Source: Longimicrobiales bacterium (GTDB lineage Bacteria; Gemmatimonadota; Gemmatimonadetes; Longimicrobiales; Gaopeijiaceae). From it: DNA of 64,000 nt. How positions within the stretch are numbered: the stretch's first letter is position 1; each line of letters begins with the position of its first letter. The translations under genes and the position numbers were made by a program. Below, piece after piece: positions 1-9,033 of the stretch. The stretch lies in the NCBI GenBank assembly GCA_965197725.1, contig CBDANQ010000056.1, positions 38,696 through 102,695 of the forward strand, read 5' to 3'. Below the pieces are notes generated by a model, which worked only from the letters and a program-made list of their open reading frames with translations, did not search any database and was not told where the DNA came from.

Positions 1-523
1 TGACTACGCCGTAGAGTCCCCGGCCGAGCAGGTTCCGTTCGCTCGCGAACGCCCCCTCGAAGCGGAGTTCGTTCTCGATCGAGAGGTTCAGCCCCGCGCG
101 CGTGCTCCATTCGTCCCAGGTCTCGACCACTACTACTCGGGCCCCGTCCGCCCCTGTGTTCGCCGTGACACGCGCGCGCGCCACGAAGTCCAACTCGCGC
201 ACGAGGCGTTCCGACTCCTCGAGAGCATCGAGTTCGAAACAGTCCCCCTCGCTGACGACAATCTCGGCACGGATCCGGTCCGGACGCGTCGAGACGTGGA
301 GCGAGTTGGCGAGCCGGTACGCCCACGGGAAGCGTGCGTGCTCGACCGCTTCGGGTCCGTAGATCGAGTGGCTGCGGATCTCCACCCGGGCGACCACGCC
401 GGAAGGGCATGCCGCCTCTGCCTGACCCGCGACCAGACCGGGGCCGAGAGCCGTCAGCGCGAATGTGGCGCCCCCGACCCAGGTGCTGCGGGTTGTCCGT
501 GGCGGCCGTGTCGAAGCGGACAT
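1..523 (-). CDS. Omp85/BamA-TamA family outer-membrane protein, N-terminal part (runs off window)
   Basis: Translated by hand from ATG at 523: signal-like N-terminus, then LANSLHVSTRPDRIRAE..GDCF..LEESERLVRELDF..VVVETWDEWS..ERNLLGRG, i.e. a POTRA-like segment and the NLLGxG motif at the start of the barrel. Absent from the ORF track because it has no stop in the window. Confidence 0.7.
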   Translation of the reverse strand, partial: MSASTRPPRTTRSTWVGGATFALTALGPGLVAGQAEAACPSGVVARVEIRSHSIYGPEAVEHARFPWAYRLANSLHVSTRPDRIRAEIVVSEGDCFELDALEESERLVRELDFVARARVTANTGADGARVVVVETWDEWSTRAGLNLSIENELRFEGAFASERNLLGRGLYGVV

Positions 524-690
524 TGTGCCGGTGATTAGGGTCGAGGTGGCGTCTGGCGAGGTTACCAGGCCTGCGTACGGAGGCGTGCTCGCCTACCTTG
601 CGGCCTCCGCGCTGGTGTTGACACGTTGGTGAAGCCCCGTGACCTGTCAATGGCCCCTCACCCAGCCTCCGCCCGGTAGGCTCCCTTGCC

Positions 691-740
691 TGTCAACGGC
701 CATCGAAAGCTGCACAGGTCTGGCCATCGAAAATTGCACA
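691..740. repeat. IS21 terminal inverted repeat (istB end)
   Basis: tgtcaacGGCCATCGAAAGCTGCACAggtctGGCCATCGAAAATTGCACA: two tandem copies of a putative transposase-binding repeat. Confidence 0.9.
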
Positions 741-761
741 CTTGGCGGAGGTGACGAGCCT

Positions 762-1604
762 CTAGTTCGTCGTTTTCTCCTTTGCTCTTGCTCTCTTTCT
801 CTTCGGGGGTGAAGGGCTCGACTCCGCAGGAGGCGAGTGGAGGATCTTGGAGAGGTCGGTGTGCTTGCGCATCCGGTAGCTGCTGCCGCGGATGTTGACG
901 ATATGGCAGTGATGCAGCAGGCGATCGATGAGCGCAGCGGCCATGACCTCGTCGCCCAAGATCTGGCCCCACTCCTCGAAGCCTTTATTGGAGGTCAGCA
1001 CAGTGGATGCGCGCTCATAGCGCCGGTTGATGAGTTGGAAGAAGAGCATTGCGCCGGTCTGGCTGACCGGCAGGTAGCCGATCTCGTCGATGACCAGGAG
1101 CGAAGGATAGGTGAGGATCTTGAGGCGGCGTCCCAGCTGGCCGGTGGTCTTGGCTTCTTCGAGCGAGGTGATGAGGTCGGCCAGAGCGCCGTAGTAGACT
1201 CTGCGCCCGCTCTGAGCCGCGGCAATGGCGAGGCTGATCGCGAGATGCGTCTTGCCGACGCCCGGAGGGCCGAGGAAGATCACGTTCTCCTTACGCTCCA
1301 AGAAGCCGAGCTCGTGGAGCGAGTCGATCTGCTCGCGCTTGATCGAGGGCTGGAAGCTGAAGTCGAAGTCGTCGAGGGTCTTGATGCCCGGTAGCCGGCT
1401 CGAGCGCATCGCAGCCTGAAGGCGGCGGTTGTTGCGCAGCGTGATCTGGGCACCGAGGAGTTGCTCGATGGCCTCCGAGGCCGTCACGCCTCCGCCATCG
1501 ACCCCGGTGAGGACGTCGTCGATGGCCTCCAGCGCACCGGGCATCTTGAGATCGGCGAGCTGGGCTCGGATCCGGTCACGGCGAGAGCGAGCGGCAGCCT
1601 TCAT
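762..1604 (-). CDS. istB: IS21 helper AAA+ ATPase IstB
   Basis: FDFSFQPSI, Walker A GPPGVGKTH, Walker B LLVIDEIGY, TSNK, IDRLLHH. Confidence 0.95.
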   Translation of the reverse strand: MKAAARSRRDRIRAQLADLKMPGALEAIDDVLTGVDGGGVTASEAIEQLLGAQITLRNNRRLQAAMRSSRLPGIKTLDDFDFSFQPSIKREQIDSLHELGFLERKENVIFLGPPGVGKTHLAISLAIAAAQSGRRVYYGALADLITSLEEAKTTGQLGRRLKILTYPSLLVIDEIGYLPVSQTGAMLFFQLINRRYERASTVLTSNKGFEEWGQILGDEVMAAALIDRLLHHCHIVNIRGSSYRMRKHTDLSKILHSPPAESSPSPPKRKRARAKEKTTN

Positions 1605-2629
1605 CGGTCCCCTCCCGCGATCTGGGCATAGGCCGTGAGGGGACGTCGCTCGACGTGGATGGCCGGCAAGGACGTCGTGCCGGGTGAGGAGCGATCCGGA
1701 GGCAGGACGAGGGGGTGATACGGGCGAGTCGCCAAGGGCTCGAGGAGCAGTCGTTCACGCTCGAAGCGATCGAGGGGCCGCTCCTTCAGCGTTCCGTGGC
1801 TGCGCACCTTGGCTTCCGTCTCAAGCCAATGAAGGGCCTGCGCGTTGAGATCGTCGTCCGACGTGAAGGTGCGCCCGTAGAAGAAGCTCTCCCTGAGGTA
1901 GCGGATCGGCCGCTCCACCTTGCCCTTGGTCTGAGCCCGATAGGGTCGGCACGCGCGGATCCTGAAGTTCCAGTGGTAGGCGTAGCGCATGAACTCCGGG
2001 TTCTCGACGAGGGCACCATCGTCGTATCGACCGTCCTCGATGACGACCGCCTTCATTTGGTCGAACAGAAGCTCTGAGGGCACGCCGCCGAAGTAGGAAA
2101 ACGAAGACTCCAGGCCATGCATCAGGGCCTTCATGGTCTGCCGGGTGTAGAACTGAACCCACAGCAGCCTCGAGTAGCCCAGCACGACGATTAGTGCGTA
2201 ACGCTTGCCCCACGGTAGCCGGAAGTGGGCGAAGTCCACCTGGCCCTGACGCCCAGGCGCCGTCTCGAAGCGCACGACCGGCTCCTCTGGGGGTCGAGGC
2301 CGGACCTTGCGTACATAGCGCTTCACTTGGTTGTAACTGCCCGGGTAGCCAGCGGCCCGGACCTCCTTGAAGAGCCGTACAGCCGTGAGCTTCGGGTACT
2401 CCTTGAGACGCGTGTCGATCAACGGCTTGTACGGATCCAGCTTCGACGGCATCAGACATCTCGGACCGTACCCGACACGCTCTTCGTCCAACTCCCGGTC
2501 CAGTTGACCGGTCTCTATCCAGTGGTACACGGTACGGCGACTGACCCCCAGATCCCGGGCGATCACCGCCTTGTTCATCCCCTGCTCGAGGTAATGACGG
2601 AGCAGCACGCGCTTCTCCCTTCCGATCAT
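1601..2629 (-). CDS. istA: IS21 DDE transposase IstA
   Basis: N-terminal HTH, RFETAPGRQGQVDF, LGYSR, LFDQMK, CRPYRAQTKGKVER; overlaps istB start by 4 nt. Confidence 0.95.
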   Translation of the reverse strand: MIGREKRVLLRHYLEQGMNKAVIARDLGVSRRTVYHWIETGQLDRELDEERVGYGPRCLMPSKLDPYKPLIDTRLKEYPKLTAVRLFKEVRAAGYPGSYNQVKRYVRKVRPRPPEEPVVRFETAPGRQGQVDFAHFRLPWGKRYALIVVLGYSRLLWVQFYTRQTMKALMHGLESSFSYFGGVPSELLFDQMKAVVIEDGRYDDGALVENPEFMRYAYHWNFRIRACRPYRAQTKGKVERPIRYLRESFFYGRTFTSDDDLNAQALHWLETEAKVRSHGTLKERPLDRFERERLLLEPLATRPYHPLVLPPDRSSPGTTSLPAIHVERRPLTAYAQIAGGDR

Positions 2630-2738
2630 TGCACCTCCACGTTCTCGGTGGAGGCGCCAAGTGAGTGGATCGGCCGGAAGATCGCTCGGGGTGGTGCCTA
2701 CATCCCCACTCTCCCGCCCGCTAGGTCAAAGCGCCAAG

Positions 2739-2788
2739 TGTGCAATTTTCGATGGCCACATGTGTGCAATATTGGAAGGCCGCTAACA
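2739..2788. repeat. IS21 terminal inverted repeat (istA end)
   Basis: TGTGCAATTTTCGATGGCCacatgTGTGCAATATTGGAAGGCCgctaaca is an imperfect reverse complement of 691-740. Confidence 0.9.
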
Positions 2789-2789
2789 C

Positions 2790-4202
2790 TTGCCCCAGGA
2801 TCTCCGCTCTATCGTCGCGAAATGCCAGCTCGGGTGGTTCGCCGTATTGCTGGTAGGCTGGACGGCGCTGCTGCTCGCGTTCCCTTTGGATCCCGACTAC
2901 ACCGCCGGCGAGCTCCTGGACCACCTCACATCATGGCGTGAGACCGGCGTTCTCTATCCGACGCTCGGGGACGGTGGCCCACAGCGCGTGCTCAACTACC
3001 CCCCGCTCGTACTAATTCTCGCGCGCGGGTTCACGACGCTCGGCGCGCCGGCCCTCCTCGCGGGGCGGCTGGTCAATGCGTTCGGGATCGCTCTCGTCGT
3101 CGCGGCGCTGGCTGGCTGGCTGCGAGCGCGCGGCGTAAGGGAGACGGCGCTCATCGGTACGGTCGGTCTGCTCGGCGCCAGTGTCCCCGTCATATACGGA
3201 GCGGGGCAGTTCCACATCGAAATATGGGCCGCCGGATTGACGATTGGGGGCTTTGCGCTGGCGGATCGAGGTCGTTCCGGCGGTGTGCTGTTCGCGGCGG
3301 GCACCCTCCTGGCCGCGGCTTGTTTCGCAAACCACACACAGGTCGTTCCGGCGCTCGTCGCGCTGACCTGGCTCTGGCAACAGCGTCGGTCGGGGCGTGG
3401 ACTCGTGCTGGCTGGCTTTGCGTTGGCTGGAGCCGTCGGGGCGGCCTCGATGTCGATCGCATGGGGAAGCGAAGTGTGGCGACACCTCATCGTCTACACG
3501 TCCGGCACGTACTCGCTCGCGAACCTGGGATTCCAGCTCGCAAGCCACGCAGCCCCGTGGGCGATTCTGCTCGGCATCGCGGCCTGGGCGGGTATCCATG
3601 GCCGCACTGGCTCCGCCTCCGACCTCGCGTGGTGGTACTGGTGTGGGGCGCTGCTGTCGTCGGTTTCCGCCATTCGAGACGGGAGCGGTTACCCGTACTT
3701 CCTAGATCTCCACCTGGCGACGGTCGTGCTCGCGGGGCCCGTCGTGTTCGGTCCGCCCGGTACTGAGTTCCGTCGCGTGGTGGTGCCGTGGCTGGTCGCT
3801 CTTCAGGTGATCGGCGCGAACATCGGTGCGGGCACGCTCGTAGTCGTGAACTTGGAAAGGCTCCGAGAGCGCTCACGTGAGCTGGCATCGGTATGCGCGG
3901 CGTTGCCATAGGAGGGGCCGGTACTCGTCGAAGAGGCTGGGCTTGCGTGGGCATGCGGGCGTCGCCCTGAGCTGCATCCGTTCATCATGGCCTCGCTTGC
4001 GCGCCGCGGGCTATGGGACGCCTCGGCGTTCGAGGACGACGTGCGTGCCGGCGAGTACTCCGTGGCGGTCGTTCCGTTCGACCCTCGCGGGCCGGTGCCC
4101 CAGACACAGCGTGATCGCTGGACGGAGCCGGTGCTCGCAGCGTTCGCGCAGGCGAGGGTGGTGGAGACGTACCCGTCCGGATGGCGTGTACTGCGTTGGT
4201 GA
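2790..4202 (+). pseudogene. Polytopic membrane protein, probable GT-C (ArnT/PMT-like) glycosyltransferase, interrupted by in-frame TAG at 3909-3911
   Basis: NYPPL motif and many TM helices; ORFs 2790-3911 and 3987-4202 share a frame and read LP*EGPVLVEE..HPFIMASLARRGLWD. Confidence 0.6.
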
Positions 4203-4320
4203 ACTCGCGCTGCGTGAGTTCGAGCACCCCGCGCTGCTTTTCGTTCGAGAGGTCGTTGCGCTGGATGCCACCGTAGTTCGACCGCACCAGAACGCCGACC
4301 TTATAGCCGCCCAGGGTGTC

Positions 4321-5241
4321 CTAAAGCCGAACAGTGTCGAAGAGCATGAAGCCCAACAGGAGCGGGTGGTAGAGCAGCGACGCAAAGAAGACGTTCCGGG
4401 CGCGGTCGTCGGTCAGGTCCCTGGCGGCGCTGGCCCCGGTGAACATGAAGCCGGCACCGAGCGCGGTCGCTCCCACAGCGTAGATCATGCCGGTGTAACC
4501 GAGGTACGTCGGGATCCAACTCACAGGTATCAGTAATCCGGTCGCCAACACCATGTGGAATCCGATCACCCTGGCCCCGCCCCCAGGGATCAGCTTGAAA
4601 CCGACGCGCGCGTAGTCTTCCCTCAGCATCCAGGCCAGACCGAGCACGTGCGGCAGCTGCCAGAGGTATCCGATGGCGAACAGCGCCAGACCACCCCGAT
4701 CGATCGCGCCGGTCGCGGCGGTCCACCCGATCAGCATCGGCGACGCACCGGGCACCGCTCCCGTGAGGGTGGCCGCGTACGACTGCGTCTTGAGCGGCGT
4801 ATATACGGCGTGATATATCAACGCACTCGTAGCCGCGATCGCCGCTGGAAGAGCACCGACGGCAAGCGCCAGGTAGATCAGGCCACCCAAGAGTAGCGCG
4901 ATGCTGAAGAGGAACGCCTCTGTCGGCTCGAGACGCTTCGAGGGAAGCGGCCGTCCACGTGTACGGACCATCATCGCGTCGTAGTCGCGCTCGGCGGACT
5001 GGTTCAGCGAGAGCGCACCCGCGGTTGCGATACCGGTACCGAGTATCGTGTGGATCGCGGGGAGCAAAGCGAGAGATCCTCCGGACGCCACGTAGGCGCT
5101 CGCACCAGCCGTGATCATCACGTACCCGGTGATGCCGGGCTTGGTCAGCTCGTAGAAGGCCCGTGCACGGGAAGCGCCCTCGGTCGTATTCTCGTTCGTC
5201 GCTTGGTCCAGGCGGAGGAGCACAGCACCGATCGGAAGCAC
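4321..5241 (-). CDS. cyoE: Protoheme IX farnesyltransferase (heme O synthase)
   Basis: ELTKPGI, ERDYDAMMVRTRGRPLP, YTPLK, WQLPH, REDYARVG. Confidence 0.9.
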   Translation of the reverse strand: MLPIGAVLLRLDQATNENTTEGASRARAFYELTKPGITGYVMITAGASAYVASGGSLALLPAIHTILGTGIATAGALSLNQSAERDYDAMMVRTRGRPLPSKRLEPTEAFLFSIALLLGGLIYLALAVGALPAAIAATSALIYHAVYTPLKTQSYAATLTGAVPGASPMLIGWTAATGAIDRGGLALFAIGYLWQLPHVLGLAWMLREDYARVGFKLIPGGGARVIGFHMVLATGLLIPVSWIPTYLGYTGMIYAVGATALGAGFMFTGASAARDLTDDRARNVFFASLLYHPLLLGFMLFDTVRL

Positions 5242-5404
5242 CGTAAGAACCGCCGCCGGCCCCTGCTCGGAGCCGCCGGTGTGTTCACGTGCACGGAAGT
5301 TGACCGAGGCCTATTCGGTCCGCAACGCCGGCACTCCGGGCAGCAACAGGCGGAGTAGAGCACGCGCGGCGAGAGGGGGGCGGTGGGGACTCAACGGCTG
5401 GGCC

Positions 5405-5770
5405 TCAGCGTTCCGTCGTCGTCGGCAGGCCTTCCCAGAGGCGATCCATCTCCTCGCGAGCCGCCTTCACGCCGGTCACGCCTTCGGGCGTGATCTCGAA
5501 ATACCGCTTGGACTTGCCCCCGCGCACGGGCGTGGGGTCAGCGAGGCGTGAGCGGAGAAAGCCCTTCTTTTCCAGCCGGACGAGCGTCACGTAGATCGCA
5601 CCCTGTGCTACCGTCCGCTCGGTGCGCGCCTCCAGCTCGTCGCGTACGGAAGCGCCGTAAGCAATGTCGCGTAGCCGCCACACCGCCAGCAAGACCTGCT
5701 GCTCGAAGTCGCTTGGGTTCGTACCTGCCACCTGTTGAGCCTCCCGAAAAGTGTTGATCGGCGGGGCCAT
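5405..5770 (-). CDS. PadR-family transcriptional regulator
   Basis: FEQQVLLAV..AYG..GAIYVTLVRLEKKGFL..RGGKSKRYFEITPEG; TATAAT on the minus strand at 5782-5787 in an AT-rich patch upstream. Confidence 0.9.
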   Translation of the reverse strand: MAPPINTFREAQQVAGTNPSDFEQQVLLAVWRLRDIAYGASVRDELEARTERTVAQGAIYVTLVRLEKKGFLRSRLADPTPVRGGKSKRYFEITPEGVTGVKAAREEMDRLWEGLPTTTER

Positions 5771-5892
5771 CCGGCGCCCTCATTATACATACGAAGTAGT
5801 TAATATATGTGCGGGTCAGCGCATCCGGAAACACCTCTCCGGTGTGGTTGGTAGTATGTGGGGCTAGTGACCCCAGCAGACGTCTTCTCAGC

Positions 5893-6561
5893 ATGAGCCT
5901 GTATCACGACTCCACGGTCGAGGACCGTAGACGCCACGAGCGCCGCATCTGGCGCACGGGGTTGTGGCTGTCCGTGCTCTTCCACCTGCTGATCGTTTTT
6001 GGGTCGCGCGCCATGGACATTCCCCTTTCGCCATTCGCTGCTGCCGGGCCACGAGCGGGTGACAACCGGGCCGCGAGGGGCTCTTTGCAGGCGCTGAATT
6101 TGCGCTCACCGCCATCGGCGCCGATCGTGCAGCCTCCGATCCCGATCCCGGCCGACGTCGAGATGGAGCCGGTTATGTTCGAACAGGGAGTCGTGATGGA
6201 TCCGGCGTCGGTTCTGGGCGACGAGCCGGGCCTCACCGAAGGCCTCGGCCTGGCAAACGGCGACGGGAAAGGCGACGGCGGCGACTCGGACGAGGGCTTC
6301 TTCCGGCTGCGACCCCCGGTTCCCCGCGGCGTGATCATTCCCCCCAACCACGATAGCTTGCGGGGCACCGCGGTCCAGGTTTGGGTCTTCGTTAACGAGC
6401 GCGGAAGGGTCATCGCCGACTCCACGCGTCTCGATCCGCCCACGCGCAGCCGTGACCTGAACCGTCAGCTCATCCGCGAGGCCTCCGAGTGGATGTTTCG
6501 TCCGGCCGTTCAGGAAGGGAAGGCTGTCGCGTCGTGGTACCCCTATCGGATTATCGGGTAG
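5893..6561 (+). CDS. TonB C-terminal-like membrane-anchored protein
   Basis: TM helix with SVLFH motif, Pro/Gly-rich linker, C-terminal VQVWVFVNERGRV..WMFRPAVQEGKAVASW. Confidence 0.7.
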   Translation: MSLYHDSTVEDRRRHERRIWRTGLWLSVLFHLLIVFGSRAMDIPLSPFAAAGPRAGDNRAARGSLQALNLRSPPSAPIVQPPIPIPADVEMEPVMFEQGVVMDPASVLGDEPGLTEGLGLANGDGKGDGGDSDEGFFRLRPPVPRGVIIPPNHDSLRGTAVQVWVFVNERGRVIADSTRLDPPTRSRDLNRQLIREASEWMFRPAVQEGKAVASWYPYRIIG

Positions 6562-6583
6562 GGGGGTGCGGCGGCTGACCTCC

Positions 6584-6716
6584 TATCCGTTTTTCAGCGA
6601 GTACCATCCGTTTTCTCCGGAATCTCCGGGGCGATGAGCGGTTCGAGGCTCTGCTGGAGCGAACGCGGCAGGAATGGGAGCACTTCGAGCTGTGGGAGCG
6701 AGCAGGCTTGGCCTGA
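6584..6716 (+). pseudogene. C-terminal remnant of a TolB-like/TPR (often kinase-fused) protein
   Basis: YPFFSEYHPF / LRNLRGDERFEALLERTRQEWEHFEL with one frameshift; resembles the DPxLxxLRxDxRF tail of that family. Confidence 0.5.
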
Positions 6717-6736
6717 CGACGACCCCCCTCGGCCGT

Positions 6737-8158
6737 TCACCGGATCACGTGCTGGTAGCCCTCGACGTACCGACGGGCGATCTCCTGCCAGTCGTACTCG
6801 CCACGGATGAGCGCCAGTGCGTTTGCGCCGCGGCGTCTTCGTTCTGTCTCATTCGTCAACGCATCGTGCAGTGTCGCCGCCAGAGAATCCAGGTCGTCGA
6901 CTTCGCAAAGCCAGCCGTTCGCACGCGGTCCGGTATCGACCACGAAATCGAGGGGCCCGCCGCTTCGGGTCGCGATCACTGGAACTCCAGTTGCCATCGC
7001 CTCGAGGTAGACCTGGCCAAACGGTTCGTTGTAGGACGGCGCAACCAGGACATCGGCGAGGTTGAGTCCCTCGGAGAGAACATCGTGCGGTAGCCACCCG
7101 CAGAAGAACACGTTCCGCAAGTCGAGGGAGCGGACAACCGTGTGAGGATGTTCGCCTTCCCATTCACCCGGCATCCCTCCCCAGACGAGCAGGTTGAACG
7201 GGGGATGATTGCTGCTGCCGAACGATGGGTTGACTCGCGAGACGGCCCTGAGCAGGAGCGGAACGCGTTTGAACTCGAGGAAGCGACCAACGAATAAGGC
7301 CAGCGGCTTCAAGTTGCCTGATTCGTCCCTCAACCTCTCGGTATCGGACTGGTCGTAGCGCACGTTCCCCGGGACACCGCCTTCGTCCCAGCCCTGCGGC
7401 TCCTCTACCAGGATCTTCTGCAGAAATCTCCATCTTTCATTTGCGGACCCATCCAGCGGCCGGAACAGAGACGTGTCCACGCCATTCGGGATCGTGCTGA
7501 TGTGCTGCTCGTCGATCGCAAGGCGTGCGATCGCCCGTTCACGAATGTCCGGGCTGATCGCGGCAAAGTGGTTCGTTGTGTCGACCGCGTCGGTGAGGAT
7601 GCCACGCCCAAACTGGCCCAGCTCATCTGGACTGCCAAACTCCTCACTCAGCTCATCGAGACGCTCCAGCATCTTGAGCTCCGTCCCATGCAGCTGTGTC
7701 AGCTTGGGCACCGAGGGGAAGAGTCGCGCCGCGGCGACATGCGCATGAGTGAGATGGTGCAGGTGGAGGAGGTCGGGCTGGAAGCGTTCCCTCACGTCCT
7801 GGAACACACCGGTCCAGCACCGCAACAAAGCCTCGTATTCGGCGCCCGTGAGCTTGTAGAAAACACGGTCGGGTACACCGGATTTGTCTTCATAACTAGG
7901 GTGAAAGGGGACCTCCCACTTGTCGGACAGCGGATCTTCACCCTGCTCGAATCCGTGCCACGCATCGGTATAGTCGACCAAGGTCAGGGGGATTCCCTTG
8001 AAGAACACGTTGGCGTTGTGTTGCGGGTCGCCGTCGCGCAGCGTGCCCGTGATCAGACGCACTTCGTGGCCCAGCTCGATCAGGGCGCGCGACAGATAGC
8101 GCGCCACCTGTGCGCTCCCGCCCCTGGGATAGTAGATGAGGCTCATCAGGATCTTCAT
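6737..8158 (-). CDS. GT4 family glycosyltransferase
   Basis: GGSAQV, IPNGVD, FVGRF, PSYNEPFGQVYLEAMATGVPVIAT. Confidence 0.9.
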   Translation of the reverse strand: MKILMSLIYYPRGGSAQVARYLSRALIELGHEVRLITGTLRDGDPQHNANVFFKGIPLTLVDYTDAWHGFEQGEDPLSDKWEVPFHPSYEDKSGVPDRVFYKLTGAEYEALLRCWTGVFQDVRERFQPDLLHLHHLTHAHVAAARLFPSVPKLTQLHGTELKMLERLDELSEEFGSPDELGQFGRGILTDAVDTTNHFAAISPDIRERAIARLAIDEQHISTIPNGVDTSLFRPLDGSANERWRFLQKILVEEPQGWDEGGVPGNVRYDQSDTERLRDESGNLKPLALFVGRFLEFKRVPLLLRAVSRVNPSFGSSNHPPFNLLVWGGMPGEWEGEHPHTVVRSLDLRNVFFCGWLPHDVLSEGLNLADVLVAPSYNEPFGQVYLEAMATGVPVIATRSGGPLDFVVDTGPRANGWLCEVDDLDSLAATLHDALTNETERRRRGANALALIRGEYDWQEIARRYVEGYQHVIR

Positions 8159-8225
8159 GACGCCCTGCTTGCCGAATCTTCAGCCTTCATGTCCGGAATC
8201 CCAGCGCCGAGAGGTACGTGACGTT

Positions 8226-8452
8226 GTCCGGATCCAGCTCGCGCGCACGATCCAGATCGGATGTCGAAGATCGCGGCCGGCGACAGCTCCCGGTCGTAGG
8301 TCTCGGCCCAGAGGTGCTCGTCCGGCTCCGCGTCGATGAGCTGGAACGTAATGCGAACCACGCTCCCGGCTCGCCGCACGGTACCCTCGCCGATGAAGCT
8401 GACGCCGAGCTTCCAGGCGATCTCCGTGACGTTCTGTGTCGGGTCAGCGTAG
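8226..8452 (-). pseudogene. Internal remnant of a TolB-like N-terminal domain protein
   Basis: EIAWKLGVSFIGEGTVRRAGSVVRITFQLIDAEPDEHLWAETYDREL..IFDI; no own start, neither end present. Confidence 0.7.
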
Positions 8453-8568
8453 CCCCGGCGTGAACACCCCGGTGTTCGCGTCGACGTCAGCTCGTAGTAG
8501 CGGTGCTGCGGCCTGTGCTCGATTTTGGGTTCGGGGGCCTGGGTTCCACCCACGAGAAATCTCAGTCG

Positions 8569-9024
8569 ATGACAGAATCCTGGATCGCCGAGGCCGAGGC
8601 TCTGCGCGAGCTTCGTCCGCGCCATCTGCTGTTCCTGTGCGTGGCGAACTCTGCCCGCAGCCAGCTCGCTGAGGGCATCGCGCGCAGTCTCGCGCCCGAG
8701 CACCTGAAAATCTCATCGGCGGGGTCTGTACCGACGTCGGTGCGGCCCCAGGCGATTGAGGCGTTGCGAGAGATCGGCATCGACATTTCACACTACACTT
8801 CGACCGGCCTGGGCGAAGTGGAGCGGCCGGTGGACGCGGTCATCACGCTGTGCGCCGACGAAGTGTGTCCGGTGTGGCTCGAGCACGCGTGGCGAGCGCA
8901 TTGGGGGCTGCCGGACCCAGCGGACCTGGAAGGCACCGAGGAAGAGAAGCTCGATGCGTTCCGCTCAGTACGCGAAGTGCTGCGGCGTCGGCTCGCCGTC
9001 GTATTCGCCCCGGGGAGAGTGTAG
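8569..9024 (+). CDS. arsC: Thioredoxin-type arsenate reductase / LMW-PTP family
   Basis: LFLCVANSARSQLAEG, ITLCADEVCP, HWGLPDPA. Confidence 0.85.
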   Translation: MTESWIAEAEALRELRPRHLLFLCVANSARSQLAEGIARSLAPEHLKISSAGSVPTSVRPQAIEALREIGIDISHYTSTGLGEVERPVDAVITLCADEVCPVWLEHAWRAHWGLPDPADLEGTEEEKLDAFRSVREVLRRRLAVVFAPGRV

Positions 9025-9033
9025 CTTCTCCCC

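Larger units (their letters stand above)
691..2788 (-). mobile_element. IS21-family insertion sequence, 2098 bp, apparently complete
   Basis: TGT...ACA ends, istA and istB, about 50-bp imperfect terminal inverted repeats with internal repeats, flanked by direct repeat CTTGCC (685-690 and 2789-2794). Confidence 0.95.

Noticed and set aside
5781..5805. Resemblance to a loxP or dif half-site (cattatacatacgaagt)
   Set aside because: No second arm with correct spacing and no recombinase nearby; better explained as the PadR promoter.
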